Source: an uncultured Pseudomonadota bacterium
Lineage (GTDB): Bacteria; Vulcanimicrobiota; Vulcanimicrobiia; Eremiobacterales; Eremiobacteraceae
Direction of reading: 5' to 3'
Length of the DNA: 64,000 nt
Assembly: GCA_963736005.1 (NCBI GenBank)
Contig: CAVTNB010000003.1
Coordinates: 224,001 to 288,000, forward strand
Shown here: in pieces, positions 46,304 to 55,843 of the stretch
Layout of the letters: the number at the start of each line of letters is the position of its first letter
Numbering within the stretch: the stretch's first letter is position 1
The notes under the pieces: generated by a model
Told to the model about the DNA's origin: nothing
Database searches by the model: none
The model's input: the letters and a program-made list of their open reading frames with translations, nothing else
Program-made: the position numbers and the translations under genes

Positions 46304-47596
46304 ATGGCACAATTCGAACGCGTTCTCACCCGCGGGATCGGTGAGCTGGATCTCACCGATATCGAAAGCTACAAGCGGCTAGGCGGTTTCGCGAGCTTGG
46401 AAAAGACGCTGCGTCAGATGACGCCGGCGGCGGTCGTGGGCGAGGTAAGCGCATCGAACCTTCGTGGCCGAGGCGGAGCGGGCTTCCCCACGGGCAAGAA
46501 GTGGAGTTTTCTGCCAAACGACGGCCGGCCGCGTTACCTCGTGTGCAACTGCGATGAAGCAGAACCCGGTACGTTCAAAGACCACATGCTCTTAGAGTTC
46601 TCACCGTTTCAGATCATCGAGGGTTTGCTTATCTCTGCCTACGCCATTGGCGCCGCCAAAATTTTTATGTATATCCGCGGCGAGTTTCTTGAGGGCTACC
46701 GCATCTTCAAACGCGCGGTCGAACAGGCAGCGCTGCAAGGCTATCTCGGCCGGCGGATTTTGGGAACCGATTTCTCGATGGACATAACCCTGCACCGCGG
46801 TGCGGGCGCGTACATCTGCGGCGAAGAAACTGCTATGCTCGAATCGCTCGAAGGCAAACGGGGCGAGCCGCGGCTCAAGCCCCCATTTCCGGCCAACGCG
46901 GGCCTGTACGACATGCCCACTGTGGTCAACAACGTGGAAACGGTTTGCTGCGTGCCACACATCATCGAGCGCGGAGCGAAGTGGTTCGCGTCCATAGGAC
47001 CGGAAAAATGTCCAGGACCAAAGATCATCAGCGTGAGCGGCCATGTCCGCAAGCCCGGCAACTACGAAGTACCTATGGGGATTCCAGCGCGCGAACTCAT
47101 CGAAGAGTATGCCGGCGGTCTTTTCCCTGGCCGCCAGCTCAAGGCCATCCAACCAGGGGGCGGATCCTCGGCGGCCATCTTCGAGGAGGACCTCGATACC
47201 GGCATCGACTTCGACTCGCTAGCGGCCAAGAAAACCATGTTGGGCTCGGGCGGTTTTGTCGTTATGGATGACACCACGTGCATGGTGCGCGCGTCACAAA
47301 CTTTGGTGCGCTTTTTCGAGCACGAATCGTGCGGCCAATGTACGCCGTGCCGGGAAGGCGGACAATGGGTGGCGAGGATGGTCACGCGACTGGAGGCCGG
47401 TGAGGGTTCGCAAAACGACTTGCGCGTGCTCAACACGATCAATGATACGATCACCGGCACGAATCTCTGCCCGCTGGGCGATTCGATCATGCCCTTTTTG
47501 TCGTCCGTTCTACGCCGATTTCCCGAAGAATTTGCAGCCCACGTGCGGCTTGCCGGCTGTCCGCTTCGGGCAACGGCCGTGGAAGCTGCAAGCTGA
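46304..47596 (+). CDS. nuoF: NADH-quinone oxidoreductase subunit F
   Basis: LRGRGGAGFPTG.KW, DEAEPGTFKD, GAGAYICGEET, ESCGQCTPCREG. Confidence 0.96.
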   Translation: MAQFERVLTRGIGELDLTDIESYKRLGGFASLEKTLRQMTPAAVVGEVSASNLRGRGGAGFPTGKKWSFLPNDGRPRYLVCNCDEAEPGTFKDHMLLEFSPFQIIEGLLISAYAIGAAKIFMYIRGEFLEGYRIFKRAVEQAALQGYLGRRILGTDFSMDITLHRGAGAYICGEETAMLESLEGKRGEPRLKPPFPANAGLYDMPTVVNNVETVCCVPHIIERGAKWFASIGPEKCPGPKIISVSGHVRKPGNYEVPMGIPARELIEEYAGGLFPGRQLKAIQPGGGSSAAIFEEDLDTGIDFDSLAAKKTMLGSGGFVVMDDTTCMVRASQTLVRFFEHESCGQCTPCREGGQWVARMVTRLEAGEGSQNDLRVLNTINDTITGTNLCPLGDSIMPFLSSVLRRFPEEFAAHVRLAGCPLRATAVEAAS

Positions 47597-47599
47597 CCC

Positions 47600-50020
47600 A
47601 TGAGCAAACAAACACCGCGGCGCCTGGTCAACCTGATCATCGATGGCAATCCGCTTTCCGTGCCCGAAGGAACCCTCGTCGTTGAAGCCGCTAAGCTGCT
47701 CGGCACGCATGTGCCCGTGTATTGCTATCACCCGAAGATGGACCCCGCCGGATTGTGCCGCATTTGTCTCGTTGAAATCGAGAAGATGCCAAAGCTGCAG
47801 ATTGCGTGCAATACGCAGGTGGCTGAGGGCATGGTCGTGCACACCACGTCTGCGCGCGTGGCGGAAGGTCGCCGCGGCGTGCTCGAGTTCTTGCTCCTCA
47901 ATCATCCGCTCGACTGCCCCATCTGCGACAAGGGCGGCGAGTGCGATCTTCAGGATTTCACGATGAGTTATGGCCCCGGCGCCAGCCGTCTGACCGAGCC
48001 GAAACTGCACAAACCCAAGGTGGTCGATCTCGGTCCGACGATCGTGCTCGATGAGGAGCGCTGCATTCTGTGCCGGCGCTGTACGCGCTTTGACGATGAG
48101 ATCGCGCAAGAGCGCAACTTGGTTGTCGTCGAGCGCGGGCAGCGCTCGCTGATTGGCACCGCACGCGGTGATGATTACGCTTCGTACTTCTCAGGCAATA
48201 CAACCGAGATTTGTCCGGTTGGCGCGTTGACCAGCAAAGCATATCGCTTCCGCTCGCGCCCTTGGGACCTCAGCCATGCAGACTCCGTCTGCACCCAGTG
48301 CTCGGTTGGGTGCAACTATCGTATCGACTCACGCTTCGGGCGCATCATGCGCACGTTCACCCGGGAGAATACTGCCATCGACGATGGCTGGATTTGCGAC
48401 CGGGGCCGCTACACGTTTAACTATTTGTATGAGCCCACGCGACTGCGCCAGCCGCTGCTGCGGCGCGATGGAGAACTCAAAGCCGCGACGTTTGATGAGG
48501 CAATTGCGCTCACTGCCGAAAAGTTGGCAGCAGCAGCTCGCCACGGGCGCGTTGGCATCATCGGCGGCGGTCGTTTGTCGGATGAAGAGGCCTTTGCGCT
48601 GCAGCGATTTGCTCGAGAGGTTTTGGGCACGAACAATATCGATTACCGAACCTCGCTGCAGAAGTTTGCGTCGCCACCGCGCTTTGGAGCGCGCCTCGAA
48701 GACCTTGACGATGCATCGTTGATCTTGGTCTTCGGGGCGATCACATCCGAGCAGGCGCCTATCCTTGACTTGCGTTTGCGGCGCGCGGTCGCGCGGCATC
48801 ATGCAAAGCTCCTGTTCGTCGGCCCCTACAAACCTGATTTCGAGGTGCCGTGCCGCTACGTTGAGTACGCGCCTGGCGCCATCGGAACATTGATGGAGAA
48901 GTTAGCCGACGTCGTGCATCACGGCAAGGAAGAATCAGGCGAAGGCTTCGTTGCCGAGATCGCAACGGAGCTGGCCGGCGCTGAGAAGATCATCGCGATC
49001 CACAATGGCCGTGACCCCGACGCAATTATCTCGCTCGATCGTCTCATGGAGCGGCTGCACCAGTACGATCATCCGGTTGGCATCCTGGTCGTCGGCGCTG
49101 TGGGCAACGCGCGCGGCGCCGAAGCGGCCGGTTGCGTGCCCAACCTCGGTCCGGGCTACGCGCCCATCGAGCCGCCGGGAATGACCACCGGTGAAATGCT
49201 CGTGGCGGCTGCGGATGGGCAGCTCGATGCGCTCTTCATTGCGGGAGCGAATCCTGCGCTCACGTATCCCGATGGTGCGCTTGCTCGCCGTGCGTTGAGC
49301 CGCGTCGGGTTCCTTGCCGTGGCGGAGCAAGTGATGACCGAAACGGCGTCGCATGCAGATGCGGTGTTCGCGGCCGCATCGTTTGCCGAGAAGAGCGGCC
49401 ACGTGACCAATCTTGAGGGAACGCAGCAAGCCTTCGCCCAGGCGGTCGAGCCGCCAGTTCATGTGGCTAGCGATGCGCAAATCCTGGCGGCGCTCGCACG
49501 CACAATGGGAAAAGCGACGGATCTTCCTGATGACGTCGGCGCGCTTTTCGTACAACTGAACAGCGCGCTCGCGGCGGCGCGTGCGCGCAGCCCCAAGGAT
49601 TCACTGCCTCGCCCGAAAGTCGAAGCCCCTCGTAGCAGCGGACCTTCAGGTCCGCTCCAGGCGGAGAGCGCACCTCAAGGTGCGCTGCTACAGTTAACCA
49701 TCATTCCCATTCCAAAACTGTATGCCGGCGGCGGTCCGTCTGCACACGACCCCGGAATGGCCGCAATGCGCCCTCGGCCTTTTGCGATCTTCTCCCCAGA
49801 TGACGCAGCGCGCCTTGGCTTCGCACCAGGCGACATCGTGCGACTCACCGGTGCCGCGGGCGACATTGACGTGGAAGCAAAAGTCGGACCGCAAGCACCC
49901 GCTGGCGTGGCGCTCGTGCTCGCCGATATGCCTGAAGCGCCGGTCAACCGATTGCTTGATGCTACCGGTTTCGGCACTGCCTCTGCCAGCGTCGTCGCCA
50001 CGTCGGAGATGCGCGCATGA
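47600..50020 (+). CDS. nuoG: NADH-quinone oxidoreductase subunit G
   Basis: CYH, CRICLVE, HPLDCPICDKGGEC.LQD, CILCRRC, ICPVGAL, N7 motif CTQCSVGC...ICDRGR. Confidence 0.96.
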   Translation: MSKQTPRRLVNLIIDGNPLSVPEGTLVVEAAKLLGTHVPVYCYHPKMDPAGLCRICLVEIEKMPKLQIACNTQVAEGMVVHTTSARVAEGRRGVLEFLLLNHPLDCPICDKGGECDLQDFTMSYGPGASRLTEPKLHKPKVVDLGPTIVLDEERCILCRRCTRFDDEIAQERNLVVVERGQRSLIGTARGDDYASYFSGNTTEICPVGALTSKAYRFRSRPWDLSHADSVCTQCSVGCNYRIDSRFGRIMRTFTRENTAIDDGWICDRGRYTFNYLYEPTRLRQPLLRRDGELKAATFDEAIALTAEKLAAAARHGRVGIIGGGRLSDEEAFALQRFAREVLGTNNIDYRTSLQKFASPPRFGARLEDLDDASLILVFGAITSEQAPILDLRLRRAVARHHAKLLFVGPYKPDFEVPCRYVEYAPGAIGTLMEKLADVVHHGKEESGEGFVAEIATELAGAEKIIAIHNGRDPDAIISLDRLMERLHQYDHPVGILVVGAVGNARGAEAAGCVPNLGPGYAPIEPPGMTTGEMLVAAADGQLDALFIAGANPALTYPDGALARRALSRVGFLAVAEQVMTETASHADAVFAAASFAEKSGHVTNLEGTQQAFAQAVEPPVHVASDAQILAALARTMGKATDLPDDVGALFVQLNSALAAARARSPKDSLPRPKVEAPRSSGPSGPLQAESAPQGALLQLTIIPIPKLYAGGGPSAHDPGMAAMRPRPFAIFSPDDAARLGFAPGDIVRLTGAAGDIDVEAKVGPQAPAGVALVLADMPEAPVNRLLDATGFGTASASVVATSEMRA
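49632..49691. repeat. Inverted REP type B doublet (REPIN-like), in frame inside nuoG
   Basis: GTAGC-AGCGGACC-TTCA-GGTCCGCT, 10-nt spacer, AGCGCACC-TCAA-GGTGCGCT-GCTAC; 60 nt in total. Confidence 0.9.
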
Positions 50021-51024
50021 CGCACGTGCCTTTGTGGGTGCTGACCGTCGCCATCAAATCCGGCGTGCTTATCTTCATCGTGGTCACGTCGTTCGCGTAT
50101 CTGATGTTGACCGAACGCAAGATGCTTGGCTGGTTCCAGCTGCGCCTCGGGCCCACGTGGTGCGGCCCGTGGGGTCTCATGCAGCCGGCGGCGGATGCGG
50201 TCAAGTTGGTTTTCAAAGAAGACCTCACTCCGGGCGGTGCGGATCGCTTCATTTATAAAGTCGCGCCGGCAATCGCCGTGCTGACGGCGCTGCTTGCGTA
50301 CGCGGTCATTCCTTTTGGTTGGTATCCAAACGGCGACCCGATCGCGATCGCTTCGCCCAATGTCGGCATCCTCTATTTGCTCGCGGTAGCCTCGGTAGGC
50401 GTTTACGGCATCGCGCTCGGCGGCTGGGCTTCGCAATCAAAATGGTCGCTGTTGGGCGCTATTCGCTCGACAGCACAGATGATCTCGTACGAGCTTGCCA
50501 TGGGCTTGGCTATCGTGCCTGTCGTCATGCTCGCGGGAACGACAAGCCTGGGCGGCATCGTTGCGGCACAATCCGCACACCACCTTTGGTACGCCATCCC
50601 GCTGTTCATACCGTTCCTCATCTTTGGCGTCACCGCCATGGCAGAAACCAATCGCGCTCCGTTCGATTTGCCCGAAGCCGAAACAGAACTCGTCGCGGGA
50701 TTTCACACCGAGTATTCGAGCTTGCGGTTCGGCACGTTCTTCGTCGCCGAGTACGTCAACATGATCACCGTGTGCTCCATCCGGACCCTGCTCTTTTTGG
50801 GTGGCGGGGACGGACCGTTGGTGTCGCAGCTGCCCTATCTCTCCGTCGTCTGGTTCGTGGTCAAAGTGGGCCTGTTGCTGTTTATGATGATCTGGTGGCG
50901 CGCGACGCTCCCGCGTCTGCGCTACGACCGTCTCATGGCATTCGGCTGGAAGTTTTTGCTGCCGACGGCGGTGGCTAATCTCTTGATCGTCGCGGGCATC
51001 GTCGCGGCGATCGGCAATCGTTGA
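50017..51024 (+). CDS. nuoH: NADH-quinone oxidoreductase subunit H
   Basis: ERK, Q.RLGP, QPAADAVKL..KE, AQMISYE, NRAPFDLPEAETELVAG, PRLRYD. Confidence 0.96.
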   Translation: MTHVPLWVLTVAIKSGVLIFIVVTSFAYLMLTERKMLGWFQLRLGPTWCGPWGLMQPAADAVKLVFKEDLTPGGADRFIYKVAPAIAVLTALLAYAVIPFGWYPNGDPIAIASPNVGILYLLAVASVGVYGIALGGWASQSKWSLLGAIRSTAQMISYELAMGLAIVPVVMLAGTTSLGGIVAAQSAHHLWYAIPLFIPFLIFGVTAMAETNRAPFDLPEAETELVAGFHTEYSSLRFGTFFVAEYVNMITVCSIRTLLFLGGGDGPLVSQLPYLSVVWFVVKVGLLLFMMIWWRATLPRLRYDRLMAFGWKFLLPTAVANLLIVAGIVAAIGNR

Positions 51025-51536
51025 GGCGTGACGTGAAGTATTTCTTGCAAGCCGCCAGCGGCCTCGTGATTGGGATGATGACCACGCTGAAGTATCTCTT
51101 CAAGAAGAAAGCGACCATCGACTATCCGAACAAGCCATTTCGCCATGCCGAGCGTTTCCGCGGCGTCCACGAACTACGCAAATATGATGACGGCTTAGAA
51201 CGCTGCATCGGCTGCGAGTTGTGCGCGGTGGCGTGTCCGGCAAACGCGATCACGGTCATTGGAGCGGAAAACGATCCACAACATCCGGTCTCTCCCGGCG
51301 AGCGTTACGGATACCGCTACGAGATCGACATGCTGCGCTGCATCTTCTGCGGCTGGTGCGAGGAAGCGTGCCCAACTGACGCAATCGTGCTCACGCCGCG
51401 CTTTGACATCGCAGATTTTACGAGGGACCGCCTCGTTTACGGCAAGGATAAGTTGCTCGTGAAAGACCCATTCACGCAGCACATGGCCAACACAGAGTCC
51501 TCAATGGACACAGACCCAGGCGTGAGCGTACCGTGA
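51021..51536 (+). CDS. nuoI: NADH-quinone oxidoreductase subunit I
   Basis: RFRG, CIGCELCAVACP, CIFCGWCEEACP. Confidence 0.96.
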   Translation: MRRDVKYFLQAASGLVIGMMTTLKYLFKKKATIDYPNKPFRHAERFRGVHELRKYDDGLERCIGCELCAVACPANAITVIGAENDPQHPVSPGERYGYRYEIDMLRCIFCGWCEEACPTDAIVLTPRFDIADFTRDRLVYGKDKLLVKDPFTQHMANTESSMDTDPGVSVP

Positions 51537-52039
51537 TCGCGCTTTTTTGGATCTGTGCTGTTGTCCTTGTCGTCACCGGCATCGCTGTGATTTCGAGCAA
51601 GCATCCGGTGCATTCGGTCATCGCTCTCATCGTCAACTTCAGCGCTCTGGCCGTGCTGTTCTTGACGCTCAATGCTGAGTTCTTGGCCATGATTCAAATC
51701 ATCATTTACGCTGGCGCCATCTTGGTGCTCTTCTTGTTTGTCATCGCGCTTTTGACCATCGGGAATCAGGCCATCGAACTCGCTCCCGGCAGGTTGAGCT
51801 TTCAGGCGGTGCCGTCAATTGTGGCCGGGATTGCGGCGCTTGCTCTCCTGTTCGCCGGCGTTCGGGGGGCGCAGGTTGGGGCGTATCAACCGACGCCGAG
51901 CGACTTCGGACTCGTCGCGACATTCGGCACCGCGCTTCTGACGACGCACCTGTTTGCCTTCGAAGTGACGGGGTTCGTGCTGCTCATCGCGGTCATCGGC
52001 GTTGTGGTCATGGCTGGTAGAAAGGAGGTTCGCTTCTAG
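51533..52039 (+). CDS. nuoJ: NADH-quinone oxidoreductase subunit J
   Basis: PVHS, AEFLA.IQIIIYAGAILVLFLFV, FE. Confidence 0.95.
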   Translation: MIALFWICAVVLVVTGIAVISSKHPVHSVIALIVNFSALAVLFLTLNAEFLAMIQIIIYAGAILVLFLFVIALLTIGNQAIELAPGRLSFQAVPSIVAGIAALALLFAGVRGAQVGAYQPTPSDFGLVATFGTALLTTHLFAFEVTGFVLLIAVIGVVVMAGRKEVRF

Positions 52040-52354
52040 GTGGGCATCGCGCAGGTTCCACTTGCGGACTATCTGACGGTTTCTGCCGCGATCTTTGTCA
52101 TCGGTGTCATCGGCTTTTTGCTGCGGCGCAACCCGATCATCATGCTCATGGCCATCGAACTTATGTGGAACGCCGGCAATCTTGCTTTCGCCGCGTTTGC
52201 GCGGCATTTCATCGACATGTCAGGCCAGGTGTTCGTTTTTATCGTCATCACCGTCGCGGCGGCGGAGGCGGCGATTGCGCTCGCCATCGTGGTCATGGTA
52301 TTCCGGCGCCGACCTGACGCCGACGTTGATGAGATTTCCGTGATGAGGGGTTGA
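52040..52354 (+). CDS. nuoK: NADH-quinone oxidoreductase subunit K
   Basis: RRN, IELM.NA, GQVF, VAAAEAAI.LA. Confidence 0.95.
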   Translation: MGIAQVPLADYLTVSAAIFVIGVIGFLLRRNPIIMLMAIELMWNAGNLAFAAFARHFIDMSGQVFVFIVITVAAAEAAIALAIVVMVFRRRPDADVDEISVMRG

Positions 52355-54297
52355 TGGAAGGATACCTTCGCACCGCACCCTTCACCATTTTGTTCTTGCC
52401 GCTGTTCGGTATGATGGTCATCGCGCTCGTTGGCCCGCGCGTGCATCGAATCGGTGCCGCGGTTATCGGAAACCTCTCGATTCTCGGGGCGTTCGTTTTG
52501 ACGGCCGTGCTCGCATGGACCGTTTGGCGGCTGCCACCTGATACACAAGTGCTCACCGTGAAGTATCCACCCGCGTGGGCCGCGCACCCGCAGTTTTGGG
52601 CTCATATTCCACCGCTGACCATTTCGTTCGAGCTGCGCATTGATTCTCTAGCCCTCGTGTGGATGCTCATCATCACGGGCGTCGGTTTTCTCATTCATCT
52701 GTATTCGGTTGGTTACATGGCAGACGCAAAGGGGTATCGCACCTTCTTTGCCTACATGAACCTGTTCGTTTTTACCATGCTGCTGCTCGTGATGGCGGGC
52801 AATTTTTTGTGGCTGCTCGTCGGCTGGGGCGGCGTCGGGTTGGCCTCGTACCTGCTGATCGGGTTTGATGCCGATCGCCCAGCAGCGGTCCTCGCCGCCC
52901 GCAAAGCGCTCATCATGAACGTCATCGGCGACGTCGGCATCATGATCGCTCTCTTTCTTCTCTATGCGCATTTCGGCAGTTTATCGTACAAGGAAGTCTT
53001 CGGCAACGTGACAAGCGCAAGTCAAAGCGCGCTCAACTGGATCGGGATCTGGCTGCTCTTAGGCGCGGTCGCTAAATCGGCCCAACTGCCGCTGCAAACT
53101 TGGCTGCCAGATGCAATGGAGGGCCCCACGCCGGTCAGCGCCTTGATCCACGCCGCGACGATGGTCACGGCCGGCGTCTATTTAATAGCGCGCGCGCATC
53201 CCATTTACGATCATGCGCCGATTGCCGCCACGACGGTGGCGGTGATCGGTTGCGCCACTGCCTTCTTTGCAGCCACCATCGGCACGGTGCAGTACGATAT
53301 CAAACGCGTGCTGGCGTACTCGACGATGAGCCAGATCGGCTATATGGTGCTCGCGGTTGGCGTGGGCGCCTATGCGGCCGGAACCTTTCATTTCATCACC
53401 CACGCGTTTTTCAAGGCGCTGCTTTTTATGGCCGCCGGCATCATCATTCACAACCTTGGCGGCGAGCAAGATATCCGAAAGATGGGAGGCCTGGCTCGAC
53501 GCATGCCGCTTGCTTTCTGGACCTTCCTTATCGGCACGCTTGCCATCTCTGGCATCTATCCGTTCGCCGGTTTCTTTTCTAAAGATGCCATCTTCGATCA
53601 ACTCCTCGCTTCGCATCACCCCGTCCTCTGGGCGTTCGCGGTTGCGACTGCGCTCTTAACAGCGTATTACATGCTCCGGTTGCTCTTCTTGACGTTTTTT
53701 ACCGGGGAGTACCGCGGCGAACACGAGCCTCACGCTGACCGGTCCTTTACGATGATGATCCCGACAGTTATTCTCGCGTTGCTCTCCGTTGTCGGGGGTT
53801 GGCTTGTCTTGCCTGGACACGACGCCATTTCAAGCACGCTCGCCCCTGCATTCGCCGATAGTGGAAAGCTTCCGCGCATGGGCCAGATCAATTGGTTCGT
53901 CACTTCCATTGCCACGCTGGTGGCGGTCCTGGGCTTTGGCGCCGCATATGTCCTGTACCAACGAGGGGCGGAGATTCGCGTGAGACTCAGCACGGCGTTG
54001 CGTCCGTTGCGCGCGCTGTTGTTCAATGCCTATTATATCGACACGATCTATCACTGGCTGTTTGAGGTGCCGGCCTTGACGCTTGCTTCGGACGTGGCAC
54101 GCTACATCGACCCTGAAGGCGTAGGGGGTGTCACCGCCGGCGTTGCCCGCGCCGCAACCGGAGTTGGCGATGCCATGCGCGGTTGGGAGACTGGCTATCT
54201 GCGCCGCTACGGGCTCAGCATGGTCATCGGTATGGTGCTCGTGCTTGCTTTCTATTTGTATCTCGCGCACGGCGGCATCGCAGCGGGAATGAAGTGA
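52354..54297 (+). CDS. nuoL: NADH-quinone oxidoreductase subunit L
   Basis: IHLYSVGYM, KSAQLPL.TWLPDAMEGPTPVSALIHAATMVTAG, THAFFKALLF. Confidence 0.96.
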   Translation: MEGYLRTAPFTILFLPLFGMMVIALVGPRVHRIGAAVIGNLSILGAFVLTAVLAWTVWRLPPDTQVLTVKYPPAWAAHPQFWAHIPPLTISFELRIDSLALVWMLIITGVGFLIHLYSVGYMADAKGYRTFFAYMNLFVFTMLLLVMAGNFLWLLVGWGGVGLASYLLIGFDADRPAAVLAARKALIMNVIGDVGIMIALFLLYAHFGSLSYKEVFGNVTSASQSALNWIGIWLLLGAVAKSAQLPLQTWLPDAMEGPTPVSALIHAATMVTAGVYLIARAHPIYDHAPIAATTVAVIGCATAFFAATIGTVQYDIKRVLAYSTMSQIGYMVLAVGVGAYAAGTFHFITHAFFKALLFMAAGIIIHNLGGEQDIRKMGGLARRMPLAFWTFLIGTLAISGIYPFAGFFSKDAIFDQLLASHHPVLWAFAVATALLTAYYMLRLLFLTFFTGEYRGEHEPHADRSFTMMIPTVILALLSVVGGWLVLPGHDAISSTLAPAFADSGKLPRMGQINWFVTSIATLVAVLGFGAAYVLYQRGAEIRVRLSTALRPLRALLFNAYYIDTIYHWLFEVPALTLASDVARYIDPEGVGGVTAGVARAATGVGDAMRGWETGYLRRYGLSMVIGMVLVLAFYLYLAHGGIAAGMK

Positions 54298-54298
54298 C

Positions 54299-55843
54299 AT
54301 GCTGATCGATACCGTCATTTTCTTGCCCTTGGCCACTGCGCTTGTCCTCATGCTTGTGCCTCGCCAAGCCACCGCAGCGCAAAAAGGCATCGCGTTTGCG
54401 GGCGCACTCGCAACATTTTTCTTGTCGCTTACTTTTCTCACGCTCGGCGTCGGGACTGCAGCCGATCAGTCGGTGCCATGGATTTCGGGCACGTGGGTCG
54501 CCGCCTACCACGTGCGCGTCGACGCGCTCCGCCTGTTCTTCGTGCTTCTCACCACGCTCGTCGGCGTTGCGTGCGTGTGGGCGGCATTTTCGTATGCCCA
54601 GCAGCCCCGGCTGCGCGGCTATCTGTGTCTGATCTTGGCGTTTGAAACCACGCTACTCGGATTGTTCACCGCCGCAGATTTGCTGCTCTTTTACATCTAT
54701 TGGGACTTGATGCTCATTCCCGTCTTCTTGCTCCTTACCGGCTTTTCTGGCACGCAAGCGGCGCGACGAGCAGCCTGGAGCTACCTCATTTACAATGGCG
54801 CGGGCGGGCTCGTGCTGTTGCTTGGGATCATTGCGCTGGTCACGCAAACGCACACCTTCGAACTGGGTGGGAGCGCGCTAAACCTGAGCCCTCAATTGGA
54901 GTGGTGGATCTTCGCAGCCTTTGCGATTGCGTTCCTCATCAAGACACCGGCCTTCCCCTTCCACAGCTGGATGCCGCCGACGTACACGCACGCACCCCCG
55001 CCAGTGGTTGCGATGGTGTCAGGCGTGCAAAGCAAAGCAGGGCTTTTCGGCCTGCTCGCCTTCGCGCTTCCGCTTTTTCCGCACGCAGCCCAAGCCTGGG
55101 CGCCACTGCTGCTCGTGCTCGGGGTAGCGAGCATCTTGTACGGGGCGCTTGCCGCCATGGGCGAACAAGACGCAAAGACGCTGGTAGCGTTCTCGTCGCT
55201 GTCGCATCTTGGTCTCGTGTGGCTCGCGCTCTTCGCGTTTGACATCACCTCGATTTCGGCTGGTATTTTGATGATCGTCAGCCACGGCTTGATCGCCGCC
55301 GCACTCTTTCTGTTGCTTGGCTTCATTGAAGAACGGGTCGGCACGCGCGATCTGGCGCGATTCGGAGGGATGAGCCACCGAGCGCCGCGTTTGGCCGTGA
55401 TGATGCTCATCGCCGCAATGGCTGCGCTGGGATTGCCCGGGCTTTCCGGCTTTGCGGGTGAGTTTCTGATCCTCATCGGAAGTTGGCAGACTCAGCCTCT
55501 CGCTACAAGTTTTGCCCTCATTTCAGTCGTGCTTGCGTGCGTGTACATGCTCAAGCTTTTTCAAAGCACCATGCACGGTCCCGAGCGAGTGCCGCACCCC
55601 GGTGCCGCGCTCGAACTGCGCGCGAGGGAAGCGTGGCTCGTGGCGCCGCTGCTCGCCGCGATCGTTTTCCTGGGCGTGTGGCCTGGCTGGCTCAACGACC
55701 GAACCCCCAATGTCGTCGCGCGCATCCATTCGCGAGTGAATGTAGCAGCGGACCTTCAGGTCCGCTTGGCGCGAATTCATTTAGTTCCCAATGTCGTCGC
55801 GCGAATTTATTCGCGCGCGCACGACGTAGGACACGAACTATGA
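54299..55843 (+). CDS. nuoM: NADH-quinone oxidoreductase subunit M (REP-derived C-terminal tail)
   Basis: DLLLFYIYW, IKTPAFPFHSW, FSSLSHLG, SHGL, GLPGLSGFAGEF. Confidence 0.95.
   Translation: MLIDTVIFLPLATALVLMLVPRQATAAQKGIAFAGALATFFLSLTFLTLGVGTAADQSVPWISGTWVAAYHVRVDALRLFFVLLTTLVGVACVWAAFSYAQQPRLRGYLCLILAFETTLLGLFTAADLLLFYIYWDLMLIPVFLLLTGFSGTQAARRAAWSYLIYNGAGGLVLLLGIIALVTQTHTFELGGSALNLSPQLEWWIFAAFAIAFLIKTPAFPFHSWMPPTYTHAPPPVVAMVSGVQSKAGLFGLLAFALPLFPHAAQAWAPLLLVLGVASILYGALAAMGEQDAKTLVAFSSLSHLGLVWLALFAFDITSISAGILMIVSHGLIAAALFLLLGFIEERVGTRDLARFGGMSHRAPRLAVMMLIAAMAALGLPGLSGFAGEFLILIGSWQTQPLATSFALISVVLACVYMLKLFQSTMHGPERVPHPGAALELRAREAWLVAPLLAAIVFLGVWPGWLNDRTPNVVARIHSRVNVAADLQVRLARIHLVPNVVARIYSRAHDVGHEL
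55706..55817 (+). repeat. REP cluster (C-B-partial C-C) in frame in the nuoM 3' end
   Basis: CCCAATGTCGTCGCGCG at 55706 and 55787 (81-nt period); GTAGCAGCGGACCTTCAGGTCCGCT at 55742-55766; CGCGCGAATTTATTCGCGCG at 55798-55817. Confidence 0.9.

Noticed and set aside
50775..50815. Odd NuoH residues (SIRTLLFLGGGDGP versus the usual ..A.LFLGGW.GP)
   Set aside because: Frame is intact; real substitutions cannot be told from consensus errors without reads.
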